Shown here: one piece after another, positions 8,062 to 17,497 of the stretch
Layout of the letters: the number at the start of each line of letters is the position of its first letter
Position numbering within the stretch: position 1 is the first letter of the stretch
IMG/VR virus record: IMGVR_UViG_3300005261_000065
Span: 1-51,247 of that record
Reading direction: 5' to 3' (one strand)
DNA length: 51,247 nt
DNA from: a virus
Lineage: Duplodnaviria; Caudoviricetes
Program-made: the position numbers and the translations under genes
The notes under the pieces: generated by a model
What the model saw: the letters and a program-made list of their open reading frames with translations, nothing else
Told to the model about the DNA's origin: nothing
Databases searched by the model: none

Positions 8062-8897
8062 CTCCGGAGCGACCTATTCTGCGCTACCACGGCGGCAAAT
8101 GGCGACTTGCCCCGTTTGTGACTGAGTTTTTTCCGGGGCACAAGGTCTATGTGGAGCCGTTCGGTGGCGGTGCTTCAATCCTGCTGCGTAAACAGCGCTC
8201 CGTTACCGAGATCTATAACGAACTTGACGGGGAGGTGGTCAACCTCTTCAGGGTCCTGCGGGATCCGGATCAGTCGGATCGGCTGAAACTTGCCCTGGAG
8301 CTTACGCCCTATTCCCGGGAAGAGTTTGATGCTGCATATGATATTGCTGAGTGTCCGGTGGAACAGGCCCGCCGCACCCTGGTAAAGTCGTGGTTTGGTG
8401 CTTACAGCAAGGGCCTGATGAATAAGACCGGTTTTGATACGCGGGTGAATAGCGACGGATATTGCTCGAGGGTGGCCACGTTCATCAAGTTGTCCGACAT
8501 GATTGAGACGATCCGGCAACGGATGACCGGCGTGGTGATCGAAAACACAGATGCGCTGCGTTTGATACCCAGGATGGATGCCCACCACACCCTTTTCTAT
8601 GTTGATCCTCCGTATGTGCCTGATAGCCGATCTGGCAAGTATTATCGGCACGAAATGAGCGAGGAGTGCCACCGGGAACTGGCCGGGGTGCTGCACGCAT
8701 GCAAAGGGATGGTGATATTGTCCGGCTACGCCAGTGAGCTTTACGACCGGGAACTGTATGCCGACTGGCACCGCGAAGATTGCCCGGCATATACGGACGG
8801 AGCGCACGCCAGAACAGAGGTGCTCTGGATCAATCCGGCGGCATGGAAGCAAAAACAGGGACAGCAGTATATTAATTTCGGAAAAGGAGTTGCTTGA
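8058..8897 (+). CDS. DNA adenine methyltransferase (D12/Dam family)
   Basis: YHGGK, YVEPFGGGAS (motif I) and FYVDPPY (motif IV). Confidence 0.92.
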   Translation: MTPERPILRYHGGKWRLAPFVTEFFPGHKVYVEPFGGGASILLRKQRSVTEIYNELDGEVVNLFRVLRDPDQSDRLKLALELTPYSREEFDAAYDIAECPVEQARRTLVKSWFGAYSKGLMNKTGFDTRVNSDGYCSRVATFIKLSDMIETIRQRMTGVVIENTDALRLIPRMDAHHTLFYVDPPYVPDSRSGKYYRHEMSEECHRELAGVLHACKGMVILSGYASELYDRELYADWHREDCPAYTDGAHARTEVLWINPAAWKQKQGQQYINFGKGVA

Positions 8898-9679
8898 TGC
8901 CCACAGGAATTGAATGGTGTGACGAGGTCTGGAACCCTACCACTGGCTGCACGAAGGGCTGTCCGTACTGCTATGCCCGGCCGATGGCGGTGAACCGGCT
9001 ACGCAATAACCCGGCTACGGCGCATCAGTATCGCAATGGTTTCGAGCCGACGTGCCATCCTGATCGGCTGGAGATCCCGCTGCGGTGGCGGAAGCCGCGG
9101 CGAGTTTTCGTGGATTCGATGGGGGATCTGTTTGATCCAGGGATACCGGCTGATTTCATAAAGGCTGTGTTCATGACGATGTCACGGGCTCGGCAGCATA
9201 CGTTCCTGGTCCTGACCAAAAACCCGGACAGGATGGCAGCGATCATACTCGGATGGGCCGAATCGGGGTTGACCCTGCGGGAGGGGTGCGGTGTTGTGCT
9301 GCCGAACGTGTGGATGGGGGTGTCGGCAACGAACAACAAGGAGGCGTTCGAACGTTGCAACATCCTGGCGACGATACCCGCCCGGCTACGGTTCGTGAGT
9401 GTTGAGCCGATCCTTGATTGGTGTTCCATGCCGATGATCGGCGATGGATCGCGTCCCTGGTCCGATTTTATCCAGTGGGTGATCTGCGGCCCGCAAACGG
9501 GACGGCACGGCATTCAGCCGGCGCCAATGGCTGCGATCAACGGGCTGCAAAAGCAATGTCAGGTGGCTGGTGTTCCGTTCTTTCTGAAGGGTTTGGTGGG
9601 AGAACGCGGGCCGAAAGAGTTTCCGGGCGGGGATTGGGGACTGTATCAGTGGAGACGGAAGGCTTCAAAACACGTCTGA
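8897..9679 (+). CDS. DUF5131 / phage Gp37Gp68 family protein (radical-SAM-like)
   Basis: TGIEWCDEVWNPTTGCTKGCPYCYA (CxxxCxxC), FVDSMGDLF, LTKNP, FVSVEP, PFFLK. Confidence 0.9.
   Translation: MPTGIEWCDEVWNPTTGCTKGCPYCYARPMAVNRLRNNPATAHQYRNGFEPTCHPDRLEIPLRWRKPRRVFVDSMGDLFDPGIPADFIKAVFMTMSRARQHTFLVLTKNPDRMAAIILGWAESGLTLREGCGVVLPNVWMGVSATNNKEAFERCNILATIPARLRFVSVEPILDWCSMPMIGDGSRPWSDFIQWVICGPQTGRHGIQPAPMAAINGLQKQCQVAGVPFFLKGLVGERGPKEFPGGDWGLYQWRRKASKHV
9635..9662 (+). repeat. 28 bp direct repeat, copy 2
   Basis: Encodes the same WGLYQWRRK peptide as the end of the PnuC-like gene. Confidence 0.85.
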
Positions 9680-9714
9680 AAAGGGATAGACAATGATATC
9701 AACTCAAAACATAC

Positions 9715-9744
9715 TTGACACTTTTGCCTGTTGCGGTTTACTGT
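9715..9744 (+). promoter_or_regulatory. sigma70-type promoter
   Basis: TTGACA (9715-20), 18 bp spacer, TACTGT (9739-44). Confidence 0.65.
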
Positions 9745-9784
9745 TTGCTCAAGTGGCCTTCAATCCACGAGTAATAGGACGGTA

Positions 9785-9808
9785 CCGCAACGAAACAGCG
9801 GATTTTTT
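9785..9808 (+). terminator. attenuator/terminator-like hairpin in the leader
   Basis: CCGC...GCGG followed by ATTTTTT. Confidence 0.45.
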
Positions 9809-9829
9809 ATGCCCAACAGATAGAAAGGC

Positions 9830-9909
9830 TGTCGGGTGTGGGGGTAATATAATACCTGCTTGCAGGGAATATCCCCGCCGTTTCCTATTACGGTTGAAGG
9901 CACCCGGCA
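9830..9909 (+). ncRNA. C4/IsrK-like phage antisense RNA
   Basis: Closing stem TGTCGGGTG/CACCCGGCA, inner CCTG-CTTG-CAGG hairpin; loops TCCTATTAC and TTGAAGG are complementary to targets upstream (9757-63, 9771-79) and downstream (9913-19, 9938-44). Confidence 0.75.
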
Positions 9910-9951
9910 ACCCCTTCAAGGTTGCATACTTCGAAACAATAGGAGACCACC

Positions 9952-10278
9952 ATGTCCGCATCCCTTTCGGCATTCTGTGCCGACGTGTATCAACCCGGCC
10001 TTATTTACCGCGCAAGCAGCAGTTCCTCTCTTCCCAACAATCCACCTCCCAAGCATCACCCATTCAATCCAAGATCAAATTCATGCCAACCCAAGCCCGA
10101 ACTCGAGCAGATCAGGCAGATTATTCTGTCCGGCCTTTCGCCTGGGATTACTCTACTGCTCATTATTGGTGTAGTTTTTCCGGAAGATACGCTTGAGTTT
10201 ATGGAACGTGAAGTGTCCGAGAAGAGAAAACAACAAGCTTGTAACGGCCTAGACGACAAATCAATAAAAGGAGATTAA
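9952..10278 (+). CDS. hypothetical protein under antisense control (icd/ant position)
   Basis: AGGAG RBS overlaps antisense target AATAGGA; one hydrophobic segment. Confidence 0.55.
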   Translation: MSASLSAFCADVYQPGLIYRASSSSSLPNNPPPKHHPFNPRSNSCQPKPELEQIRQIILSGLSPGITLLLIIGVVFPEDTLEFMEREVSEKRKQQACNGLDDKSIKGD

Positions 10279-10280
10279 AA

Positions 10281-10469
10281 ATGATAGTGCGCAGCTACCA
10301 CAATTACAGAATAGATTTTGACAAAAACAAAAATGAAATAAGCATGTTTCAATATGATTCAAGTAGAGATGAAGATGATATTATTCTTATTACTGGAGAT
10401 CAGTTCAATACTTTCCTTTCCGATTTGCAAACCGTTTATCAAGAGTTGATATCGCAAAAGGCAAACTAG
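10281..10469 (+). CDS. AT-rich hypothetical protein
   Basis: AAGGAG RBS; 62 aa; very low GC. Confidence 0.6.
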   Translation: MIVRSYHNYRIDFDKNKNEISMFQYDSSRDEDDIILITGDQFNTFLSDLQTVYQELISQKAN

Positions 10470-10512
10470 AATTTCAGTTAAATGTATTTTATGATTCATG
10501 TGGGAGATAGGA

Positions 10513-11442
10513 ATGGCTGATCGTGATTATCGAACATTGGACACCCGCTTTTGGTCAGACGCATTCGTTCTTGACTTGCCACCGGATGAGAAACTGTTTT
10601 TTATATATATCCTAACCAATGCCAGGGTTAATGTGTGTGGATGTTATGATCTGCCTCGTCGCGTGATTTCTTTCGAAACAGGTTATGATATGCCAACTGT
10701 TGAGCGAATGCTGGATACCTTCGAACAATATGGAAAAATTCGTTGTTGTCGCGAAACCAACGAATTATTAATTGTGAACTGGAAAAAACACAATTCCGGA
10801 TATTTCAAGTCAGACACGACGCGTAAGGCCATAGAGAAAAAAGCTCTCCGCATAAAATCGCCAGAATTAAAAGCTATTGTAGATATGTGGCTTAGCCCTG
10901 CCGATACCCCATACATACCCCATCCATACCTTATGGATACAACGGCAACGGCAACGGCAACGATAACGGAAAAGGAAGAATCTTCCTCTTCTTCGCCTTT
11001 AGAGGAGATGCCAACTAAAACGCCCTCTCCGCCTGAGCAAAAGGCGGAGAGGATGACGATCGTCGACCTCCGCTTTCTTCATCACGAGAGCTTTGGCACC
11101 AACATGCCTGGAGGCTGTGCCGAGATAGCAACCGTGCTTTGCCAGGAGTTTACGGCGGATGCGATCAGGGAAGCGTTTAATGCTGCAGCGGTACATGGAA
11201 AACCGACCATGGCCTATGTCCGGGGGGTGCTGAAGGGCAACGGGAAGGGTAAACAGGCACGGGCATCGCCTGTCGGTCCGGTGTCGTTCGAACAAGCGAA
11301 GAGTGAGCGGACTAAACGGGCGGCACAGGCCTTTGTGGAAAGGAAACGTGCGGAATGCCAAACGACGACTACGAGTTTTTCGGGCCAATCATCACCGGCC
11401 TTGCCGAGGCATTTGGAGCCGAATGCAGTGTCGAGCGAATAG
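10513..11442 (+). CDS. phage replication initiator (replisome organiser N-terminus, DnaD-like C-terminus)
   Basis: RTLDTRFWSD...EKLFFIYILTN...CGCY...ETG; C-terminal AIREAF...YVRGVL; internal repeats. Confidence 0.8.
   Translation: MADRDYRTLDTRFWSDAFVLDLPPDEKLFFIYILTNARVNVCGCYDLPRRVISFETGYDMPTVERMLDTFEQYGKIRCCRETNELLIVNWKKHNSGYFKSDTTRKAIEKKALRIKSPELKAIVDMWLSPADTPYIPHPYLMDTTATATATITEKEESSSSSPLEEMPTKTPSPPEQKAERMTIVDLRFLHHESFGTNMPGGCAEIATVLCQEFTADAIREAFNAAAVHGKPTMAYVRGVLKGNGKGKQARASPVGPVSFEQAKSERTKRAAQAFVERKRAECQTTTTSFSGQSSPALPRHLEPNAVSSE
10904..10970 (+). repeat. iteron-like repeats, putative replication origin
   Basis: 11-mers ATACCCCATAC ATACCCCATCC ATACCTTATGG, then (AACGGC)3 AACGAT AACGGA, inside the initiator gene. 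Confidence 0.6.
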
Positions 11443-11696
11443 CGGTCTACTACGAGCACCTGGCCGATCTGCGCATCGAGGCAATCAGCTACGCGGCCAG
11501 CGAGATCATCAGGAACGAGGAGAAGTTCCCGGTGGTGGCTGTGATCCGGAGAATCGCGAGAAAGTGGATACCGCCAAGTCCGCAAGCCGATCTTTCCAGG
11601 GCTGCTTTGCCGGAATTCACGGCGCAGCAGCACGAGGAGGCTTCACGAAAACTTGATGAGTTGATGGCGAAATTTGAAAACTGGGGGAATGTGTGA
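11355..11696 (+). CDS. putative helicase loader/inhibitor
   Basis: Follows initiator; YYEHLADL...KFPVVAVIR pattern. Confidence 0.55.
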   Translation: MPNDDYEFFGPIITGLAEAFGAECSVERIAVYYEHLADLRIEAISYAASEIIRNEEKFPVVAVIRRIARKWIPPSPQADLSRAALPEFTAQQHEEASRKLDELMAKFENWGNV

Positions 11697-11750
11697 CCCT
11701 GCGGGGAGGGTGTAGGCCCTCCTCCATTTCCGCTTTTTGCGCTCATTCTG

Positions 11751-11770
11751 TCCGTCATAATTGTTGCGGA
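11751..11770. promoter_or_regulatory. Palindromic operator-like motif before the packaging module
   Basis: TCCGTCATAATTGTTGCGGA. Confidence 0.65.
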
Positions 11771-11799
11771 TGATTCTGTTTTGTGGTAATGGGTGGAGT

Positions 11800-12459
11800 A
11801 TGGGAGAGAAGTCAGAAGGACATACTGCGGCGGTTTCACTACGTGACGGGCTTCCTACCGGTGTTTCCGGTCAGGCGGTGCTTCCTGATATGCAGAGCCA
11901 GATGGGCTATGACGCCATTGAACTGGAGCCATGGAAGGAACAGTTCTGTTGGGAATACGTCGAGAATGGTGGTGTCGGTTACAAGGCATACCTGGTGGCA
12001 AAGCCGGATGTGAAGGATAGCACCGCCCGCGTCGAAGCAAGTAAACTCCTAACATGTCCTAACATCGAAGCCCGTATTGCGGCTATCCGCAAGGAGTTGC
12101 GCAGGCGTTACGTAGTTACGGCCGAGGATCTGATCGAACATCACGGACGTGTTCTCAAGATCGACCGGAGGAGATTTTTTAAGGAGAATGGCCAGCGTAT
12201 CCCGATCCATGAGCTGGACCATGAGCTGGCGTCGATCGTTGATCTGGATTCTACCTTCAGCAAAGACTTTGGCATTGTCATGCTCCCGGTCGTCGCCTCT
12301 CGCGAGAAGTCGAAGGATGCATTGGCCCGGATCATGGGCCTGGATAAGTCCGGCATGACGGTGACTCACAAGTTCGATGAGATGACTGACGAGGACCTGG
12401 AGAGACGGGCCAAGGAGTTGGCACGCGATATCGTCAGCCAGGAACAGGCAGCGGCGTGA
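11800..12459 (+). CDS. terS: terminase small subunit
   Basis: EQFCWEYV...AYL...ARVEASKLL..PNIEARI HTH and KDALARIMG; immediately upstream of TerL. Confidence 0.85.
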   Translation: MGEKSEGHTAAVSLRDGLPTGVSGQAVLPDMQSQMGYDAIELEPWKEQFCWEYVENGGVGYKAYLVAKPDVKDSTARVEASKLLTCPNIEARIAAIRKELRRRYVVTAEDLIEHHGRVLKIDRRRFFKENGQRIPIHELDHELASIVDLDSTFSKDFGIVMLPVVASREKSKDALARIMGLDKSGMTVTHKFDEMTDEDLERRAKELARDIVSQEQAAA

Positions 12460-14996
12460 AGGCCTATGCAGAGCTATTAGCGATCCAAGAGGAGCTCGCA
12501 CGGCGAAAGTCACGGCGGCGCTTCTTTGAGTATTACCCGGATACCGGTCCGTTGCGGCGAGAGCTTTACCAGAAGCATCTCGCCTTTTTTCGTGCCGGAA
12601 AACAGTTCCGGGAACGTGGGGCGATTGCCGCGAACCGCGTTGGAAAGGCGCTGAAGCACGGAACCAAGGTTGCAACTCCCAATGGCTACCGCACGATTGA
12701 ATCGTTGCAGCCAGGCGATCAGGTAATCGCAGGCGATGGATCAATAACTATTGTCACCGGTATTTACCCGCAAGGTATCAAGCCGTTGTATCGAATACAG
12801 TTTGATGCCGGAGAGGTAATTGAGTGTTGCGGAGAACACTTGTGGGTTTATCAGCACCCCCGTGCGCGTTATCCCTACCGACAAAGCCACGCCAAGCGAG
12901 AGGTTAATCCGTTCTACGGCGAGTGGCGTGTTGACTCAATAGAGAAAATACTGGCAGCAGTCGGCGAAGCTCCTATTCCCGGAATGCGGGTTGTTATACC
13001 CACTTCTAAACCGTGGAATATGCCAACCAGTGAAATTCCTATGGATCCGTATCTGTTGGGATTACTGTTGGGTGATGGCGGGCTGACTGATTACGTTCGA
13101 ATTTCAACGGCAGACACAGAGATTTTGGATTCAATCCGAGGCCTGATTCCTAAAGAGCTGCACCTTGTCCAAACCGGAAAATACGATTGGGCAATTTCGA
13201 AACCTGGGGGGCTTGGGCATAGCAAGGGACAAAAAAAAGGCGGCAATGCCGTCATTGATTCATTACGCGAATTAGGCCTGTTTGGTTCTCGATCAGAGCA
13301 TAAGTTTGTGCCGGTTCAGTATCTGCATAACACGCCTGATGTCAGATTGGCGGTGTTGCGAGGCTTGATGGATACGGATGGGTCGATTACTCCTCACAGT
13401 TCCGCTATGGAGTTTTCTTCTACATCAAAACAGCTCGCCGAAGATGTGAAATTCTTGGTTGATTCATTCGGCGGTAAATCAAAAATAACGGAGCGTTACA
13501 CCAGATATCACCATAATGGAGAAAGCAGAACAGGCCAACTGTGTTACAAGGTCTCTCTTCGAATTGGGGTTTGTCCATTTAACCTAGCCAGAAAAGCCGC
13601 CCGTTGGAAATCCTTGAAGGAAACTACGAATCGCGTGGTCCACCGAATTAGCACTACTGATTCCGGTGAGGCTACCTGCATCGAGGTTGCTCACCCTTCC
13701 CATACCTACGTTATTGAGCATGGTATAGTAACACACAACACGGAAGGTATGGGTGGTTATGAGATGGTTTGCCATGCCACGGGGCTTTATCCCGAGTGGT
13801 GGGATGGCAAGCGCTTCGAGCATCCCATTGACGCCTGGGCTTCGGGGGATACTTCGGAGACGGTGCGTGACATCATCCAGACAAAGCTGGTAGGCCCACC
13901 GGAGAAGGAGGAGGAGTGGGGCACGGCTCTAATTCCGGGCAACCTGATATTGGGTGTGGAGAAGCGTTCGCACGGCGTGAAGAATGCGCTGGAGTCGGTA
14001 ATAGTGCGGCACGTTTCCGGCGGTGCCTCGGTGATCGGTTTCAAGTCGTACGAGCAGGGGCGGAAGAAGTTCCAGGGCACGGCCAAGCATGTGATCTGGA
14101 ATGACGAGGAGCCACCGGAGGATGTGTACGACGAGGAGCTGTTGCGCACGATGACCTGCGGCGGAATCGTGATGAATACGTTCACGCCGCTTTCGGGTAT
14201 CACGGCTATCGTTTTGCGCTTCATGCCGGGCGGCAAGATGCCCGATGCGATGTCGACCCGTTTCACTATTCAGGCCGATTGGGATGATGTCCCGCACCTG
14301 AGCCGCAAGGATAAGGATGAACTGTATGCCGCCCTGCCGCCCCACCAGCGCGAGGCCCGCTCCAAGGGTATACCCGTCCTGGGTTCAGGGGCGATCTATC
14401 CGGTGGACGAGGATTTCATCAAGGTTCCGGATTTCGTCATTCCAGCGCACTGGCCACGGGCCTATGGGTTCGATGTCGGGTGGAATTGTACGGCGGCCGT
14501 CTGGGGGGCGCTGGATCGTGAGGCGCAGGTCGGTTATCTGTATGCCTGCTACAAGCGCGGCCAGGCCGAGCCGCCGATTCATGCCACGGCGATCAAGAAT
14601 CGCGGCGAGTGGATCCCGGGCGTGATCGATCCGGCATCGAGGGGCGGTTCTCAGAAGGATGGCGAGAAGCTGCTGCACCAGTACCAGGATAACAAGCTGA
14701 TCCTGTCTCTGGCGGACAATGCAGTGGAGGCCGGAATCAATGATGTCTGGACGGCGCTGTCCACCGGCAGCCTGAAGGTTTTTAAGTCGCTGGCGCCCTG
14801 GTTTGATGAGTTTCGGCTGTATCGTCGTTCGGACAACGGCAAGGGTACGATCGTGAAGGAGAATGACCACCTGATGGATTGTACCCGTTACTGGTATAGG
14901 TCCGGCCGGGGGGTTGCGATCGTGCGTCCAGTGGAGAGTGTTGTCAATCAGATGATCGGCCGGGAAGGTGGACGGCCGAGCGCTATGTGCGCATAA
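12456..14996 (+). CDS. terL: terminase large subunit containing an intein
   Basis: Walker A AANRVGK/T split by intein; FKSYEQGRKKFQG, WNDEEPP Walker B, TFTPL, nuclease GFDVGW and DHLMDCTRY. Confidence 0.95.
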   Translation: MKAYAELLAIQEELARRKSRRRFFEYYPDTGPLRRELYQKHLAFFRAGKQFRERGAIAANRVGKALKHGTKVATPNGYRTIESLQPGDQVIAGDGSITIVTGIYPQGIKPLYRIQFDAGEVIECCGEHLWVYQHPRARYPYRQSHAKREVNPFYGEWRVDSIEKILAAVGEAPIPGMRVVIPTSKPWNMPTSEIPMDPYLLGLLLGDGGLTDYVRISTADTEILDSIRGLIPKELHLVQTGKYDWAISKPGGLGHSKGQKKGGNAVIDSLRELGLFGSRSEHKFVPVQYLHNTPDVRLAVLRGLMDTDGSITPHSSAMEFSSTSKQLAEDVKFLVDSFGGKSKITERYTRYHHNGESRTGQLCYKVSLRIGVCPFNLARKAARWKSLKETTNRVVHRISTTDSGEATCIEVAHPSHTYVIEHGIVTHNTEGMGGYEMVCHATGLYPEWWDGKRFEHPIDAWASGDTSETVRDIIQTKLVGPPEKEEEWGTALIPGNLILGVEKRSHGVKNALESVIVRHVSGGASVIGFKSYEQGRKKFQGTAKHVIWNDEEPPEDVYDEELLRTMTCGGIVMNTFTPLSGITAIVLRFMPGGKMPDAMSTRFTIQADWDDVPHLSRKDKDELYAALPPHQREARSKGIPVLGSGAIYPVDEDFIKVPDFVIPAHWPRAYGFDVGWNCTAAVWGALDREAQVGYLYACYKRGQAEPPIHATAIKNRGEWIPGVIDPASRGGSQKDGEKLLHQYQDNKLILSLADNAVEAGINDVWTALSTGSLKVFKSLAPWFDEFRLYRRSDNGKGTIVKENDHLMDCTRYWYRSGRGVAIVRPVESVVNQMIGREGGRPSAMCA
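12648..13739 (+). mobile_element. class 3 intein with LAGLIDADG homing endonuclease (364 aa)
   Basis: Begins ALKHGTKV (Ala1), ends GIVTHN before Thr+1; EHLW, TCIEV, VTHN give the W-C-T triad; LLGLLLGDG and LRGLMDTDG motifs. Confidence 0.9.
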
Positions 14997-15008
14997 GGGA
15001 GCATTACC

Positions 15009-17180
15009 ATGAACATCGAAACCCAGGCCCCCGGCTTCGGCCCCCAGGCGCAGCAGAGCGATTACGAGATTGCCCGCTCGCTGTATCAGCGCTTCTGGTT
15101 CGCCTGCCAGAACGGACATGAGGATTACGTGCGACGCAACCGGCGCAACCGGCGCTATTTCCATGGTGATGGCGGGCAATGGTCTGATGATGACAAGACC
15201 TACATGGAGTCGGTCCAGGGTCGCAAGTGTTTCGAGATCAACCTGACGAAACAGGCGGTGCTGACGGCGGTGGGCGAGCAGATCGCCACCCGTGTCGATA
15301 TCAGCTACAAACCGAAGAAGGGCAAAGCCTCGGCCGATACGGCCACGGTTCTCTCCAAACTGGCCAATCATTTCCTGCATCAGAACAACTATCACATCCT
15401 GGAAACATCCATCTGGAAGTCCGGCACGATCGCCGAGCGGGGCTATCTGGATATCCGCATGCAGTTTGACGGCAACCTGAACGGCGAGATCAAGATCACC
15501 AATCCGGACGAGATCACCGTCATCCCGGATGTGTTCGCCACCGAGTACGATCCCAAGGAGTGGCCCGGTTTCCTGCGTTTCATGTGGCTGACGCTGGATG
15601 AGATTGAGGGCATGTACGGCCCGGAGGCTCGAAAGAAGGCAGAATCGGACTGGAGCAGTTACAAGGACCGGCCGCTTACGGATGAGTTCCCGGTGGATAA
15701 CCGCTCGGACAGCAACTACGGTTTCGGCACGTCGCCCGGGGGATACTACCAGTGGTGGGATCAGGAGACCGGCGAGCTGCGCTTGAGGGTTTTCGAGCGG
15801 CAGTATTACAAACGCGAAATGGCCCTGCATTATGTGGATATGTCCAGCGGGGACACCAAGATAGTGCCGAAGAACGTTACCCTGCAGCAGGCAAAGCAGC
15901 ATGCCATGGACAACGGCCTCCTGTTGCAGAAGATGAGCGGCCGGCGGGTGATGTGGCAGGTTACGACCGCAACCACGGTGCTGCACAATGGACCCAGCCC
16001 CTATGAGTCGTTCACGATAATCCCCTTCTTCTATCTGTTCGACAAGGGGCGTACCGGATGCATGGTTACTGATGCGATATCGCCCCAGGACCTGCTCAAC
16101 AAATCGGTTTCGGCTACTACCCATTATCTGACGTCGTTGGCAAACTCGGGCTGGAAGGTAGCCAAGGGTAGCCTAACCAACATGACAACCGCGGACTTGG
16201 GGAATGTCGGCATGAAGACCGGCCTGGTTATCGAGTATGACCCGAAAATATCGACCAATGGACCGGAAAAGATCCAGCCCAACACCTTCCCCACCGGCAT
16301 GGACCGATTGAGCGATCGCGGAGAGGCCTGGATCAAGGCGGCTACCGGGATGAGCGATGCGGAGCAGGGTTTGGATTCTCCGGAGATATCCGGTGTTGCG
16401 ATCGGGATGAAACAGTTCCAGAGCAAGCTGCAGTTGGCGGACCCGCTTTCCAATCTCCAGTTCACCAGGACGCTGGTGGGGCGCAAGATCATCGAGTTAT
16501 GCCAGCAATTCCTAACCAACGAGCGGATATATAAGATCACCGGCAAGGATGATTACGGCCGGCCACGGGAAGAGGAGATCGTCATTAACCAGGTCGACCC
16601 TTCCGGAGAGATCCTGAACGATATCACCGTGGGTGAGTACGAGGTGGAAGTATCCACACAGCCGACCGCGGCGACGTATGAGGAGTCGCAGTTCAAGCAG
16701 CTGGGGGCGATGCGGAAGGACATGAATGTTGCGATTCCGGATGATGAGATTGTGCGGCGTTCTAACCTGGCGAACAAGCACGAACTGGCGGACCGCATGT
16801 CGAACCCGCAGGACAACGGGGCGCGGGCGGCCCAGCAGGCGCTGCTGGAAAAACAGTTGGAGGAACTGGCGGCCAAGATAGATCTGCTGAGGGCCAACCG
16901 CAACAAGGTGGTGGCGGATACCACCAATACGAACGTGCAGGCCATGTTCGGAGCGACCAATGCGGCCAAAGAGATCGCGCTGATTCCGCAGGTAGCACCC
17001 ATGGCGGATGCGATGATGCTCTCGGCCGGCTTCGAGGATCATAACGCCCCGCCGGTCATCCCGCGCAATATTGCACCGATTACCGGAGATCTGCCGCAGA
17101 TACCCGCCAATACGTCACCAAATTTTCCACCCCTGGCAGATCACGGCTATACGCAAGGGATTGAGGGAGGCCAGGCATGA
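15009..17180 (+). CDS. portal protein (P22/N4-like)
   Basis: 723 aa after TerL; GGQWS...GRKCFEIN, ISPQDLLNK, EISGVAI, DITVGEYEV. Confidence 0.9.
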   Translation: MNIETQAPGFGPQAQQSDYEIARSLYQRFWFACQNGHEDYVRRNRRNRRYFHGDGGQWSDDDKTYMESVQGRKCFEINLTKQAVLTAVGEQIATRVDISYKPKKGKASADTATVLSKLANHFLHQNNYHILETSIWKSGTIAERGYLDIRMQFDGNLNGEIKITNPDEITVIPDVFATEYDPKEWPGFLRFMWLTLDEIEGMYGPEARKKAESDWSSYKDRPLTDEFPVDNRSDSNYGFGTSPGGYYQWWDQETGELRLRVFERQYYKREMALHYVDMSSGDTKIVPKNVTLQQAKQHAMDNGLLLQKMSGRRVMWQVTTATTVLHNGPSPYESFTIIPFFYLFDKGRTGCMVTDAISPQDLLNKSVSATTHYLTSLANSGWKVAKGSLTNMTTADLGNVGMKTGLVIEYDPKISTNGPEKIQPNTFPTGMDRLSDRGEAWIKAATGMSDAEQGLDSPEISGVAIGMKQFQSKLQLADPLSNLQFTRTLVGRKIIELCQQFLTNERIYKITGKDDYGRPREEEIVINQVDPSGEILNDITVGEYEVEVSTQPTAATYEESQFKQLGAMRKDMNVAIPDDEIVRRSNLANKHELADRMSNPQDNGARAAQQALLEKQLEELAAKIDLLRANRNKVVADTTNTNVQAMFGATNAAKEIALIPQVAPMADAMMLSAGFEDHNAPPVIPRNIAPITGDLPQIPANTSPNFPPLADHGYTQGIEGGQA

Positions 17181-17449
17181 TTATCATTCTGACAATAGCA
17201 GCGATACTGATTGTAGTAACCGGCGTGTTTCTATATCGACGCAAACGACGCAGCGATGAGTTGTCAAAGATGTCCCGTGAAAAAAGCCGCACCGCTTTTC
17301 GTGAGCTGGAGCGGATCCGTCTGGAGACTTTCCCGGAACCAGTGAAGAAAGAAATCTCCCGTGTGATCAAGGATAGTCATCCTGAGGCAAATCGTCACGA
17401 ACGCCGGACAGTGGCGGTGCGTTACCGCAGGATGATAAAAAATAGTTGA
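17177..17449 (+). CDS. small membrane-anchored protein
   Basis: N-terminal TM, basic C-terminus with NRHERR. Confidence 0.6.
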   Translation: MIIILTIAAILIVVTGVFLYRRKRRSDELSKMSREKSRTAFRELERIRLETFPEPVKKEISRVIKDSHPEANRHERRTVAVRYRRMIKNS

Positions 17450-17462
17450 CTTGATATTTTTA

Positions 17463-17479
17463 TCCGCCATAATTGCGGA
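17463..17479. promoter_or_regulatory. Palindromic operator-like motif overlapping a promoter before the head module
   Basis: TCCGCCATAATTGCGGA; TTGACT (17446-51) lies 16 bp upstream of CATAAT. Confidence 0.65.
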
Positions 17480-17497
17480 GGATACGGGGGATTATTT

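Noticed and set aside
9693-10196. 167 aa + strand ORF (Ash-like) and minus-strand ORFs faintly resembling a transposase
   Set aside because: The region is better explained by a promoter, antisense RNA and targets; no HUH or DDE motifs
14385-16124. Long minus-strand ORFs (also 46579-47982, 30899-32092)
   Set aside because: Antisense shadows of high-GC + strand genes with no protein motifs
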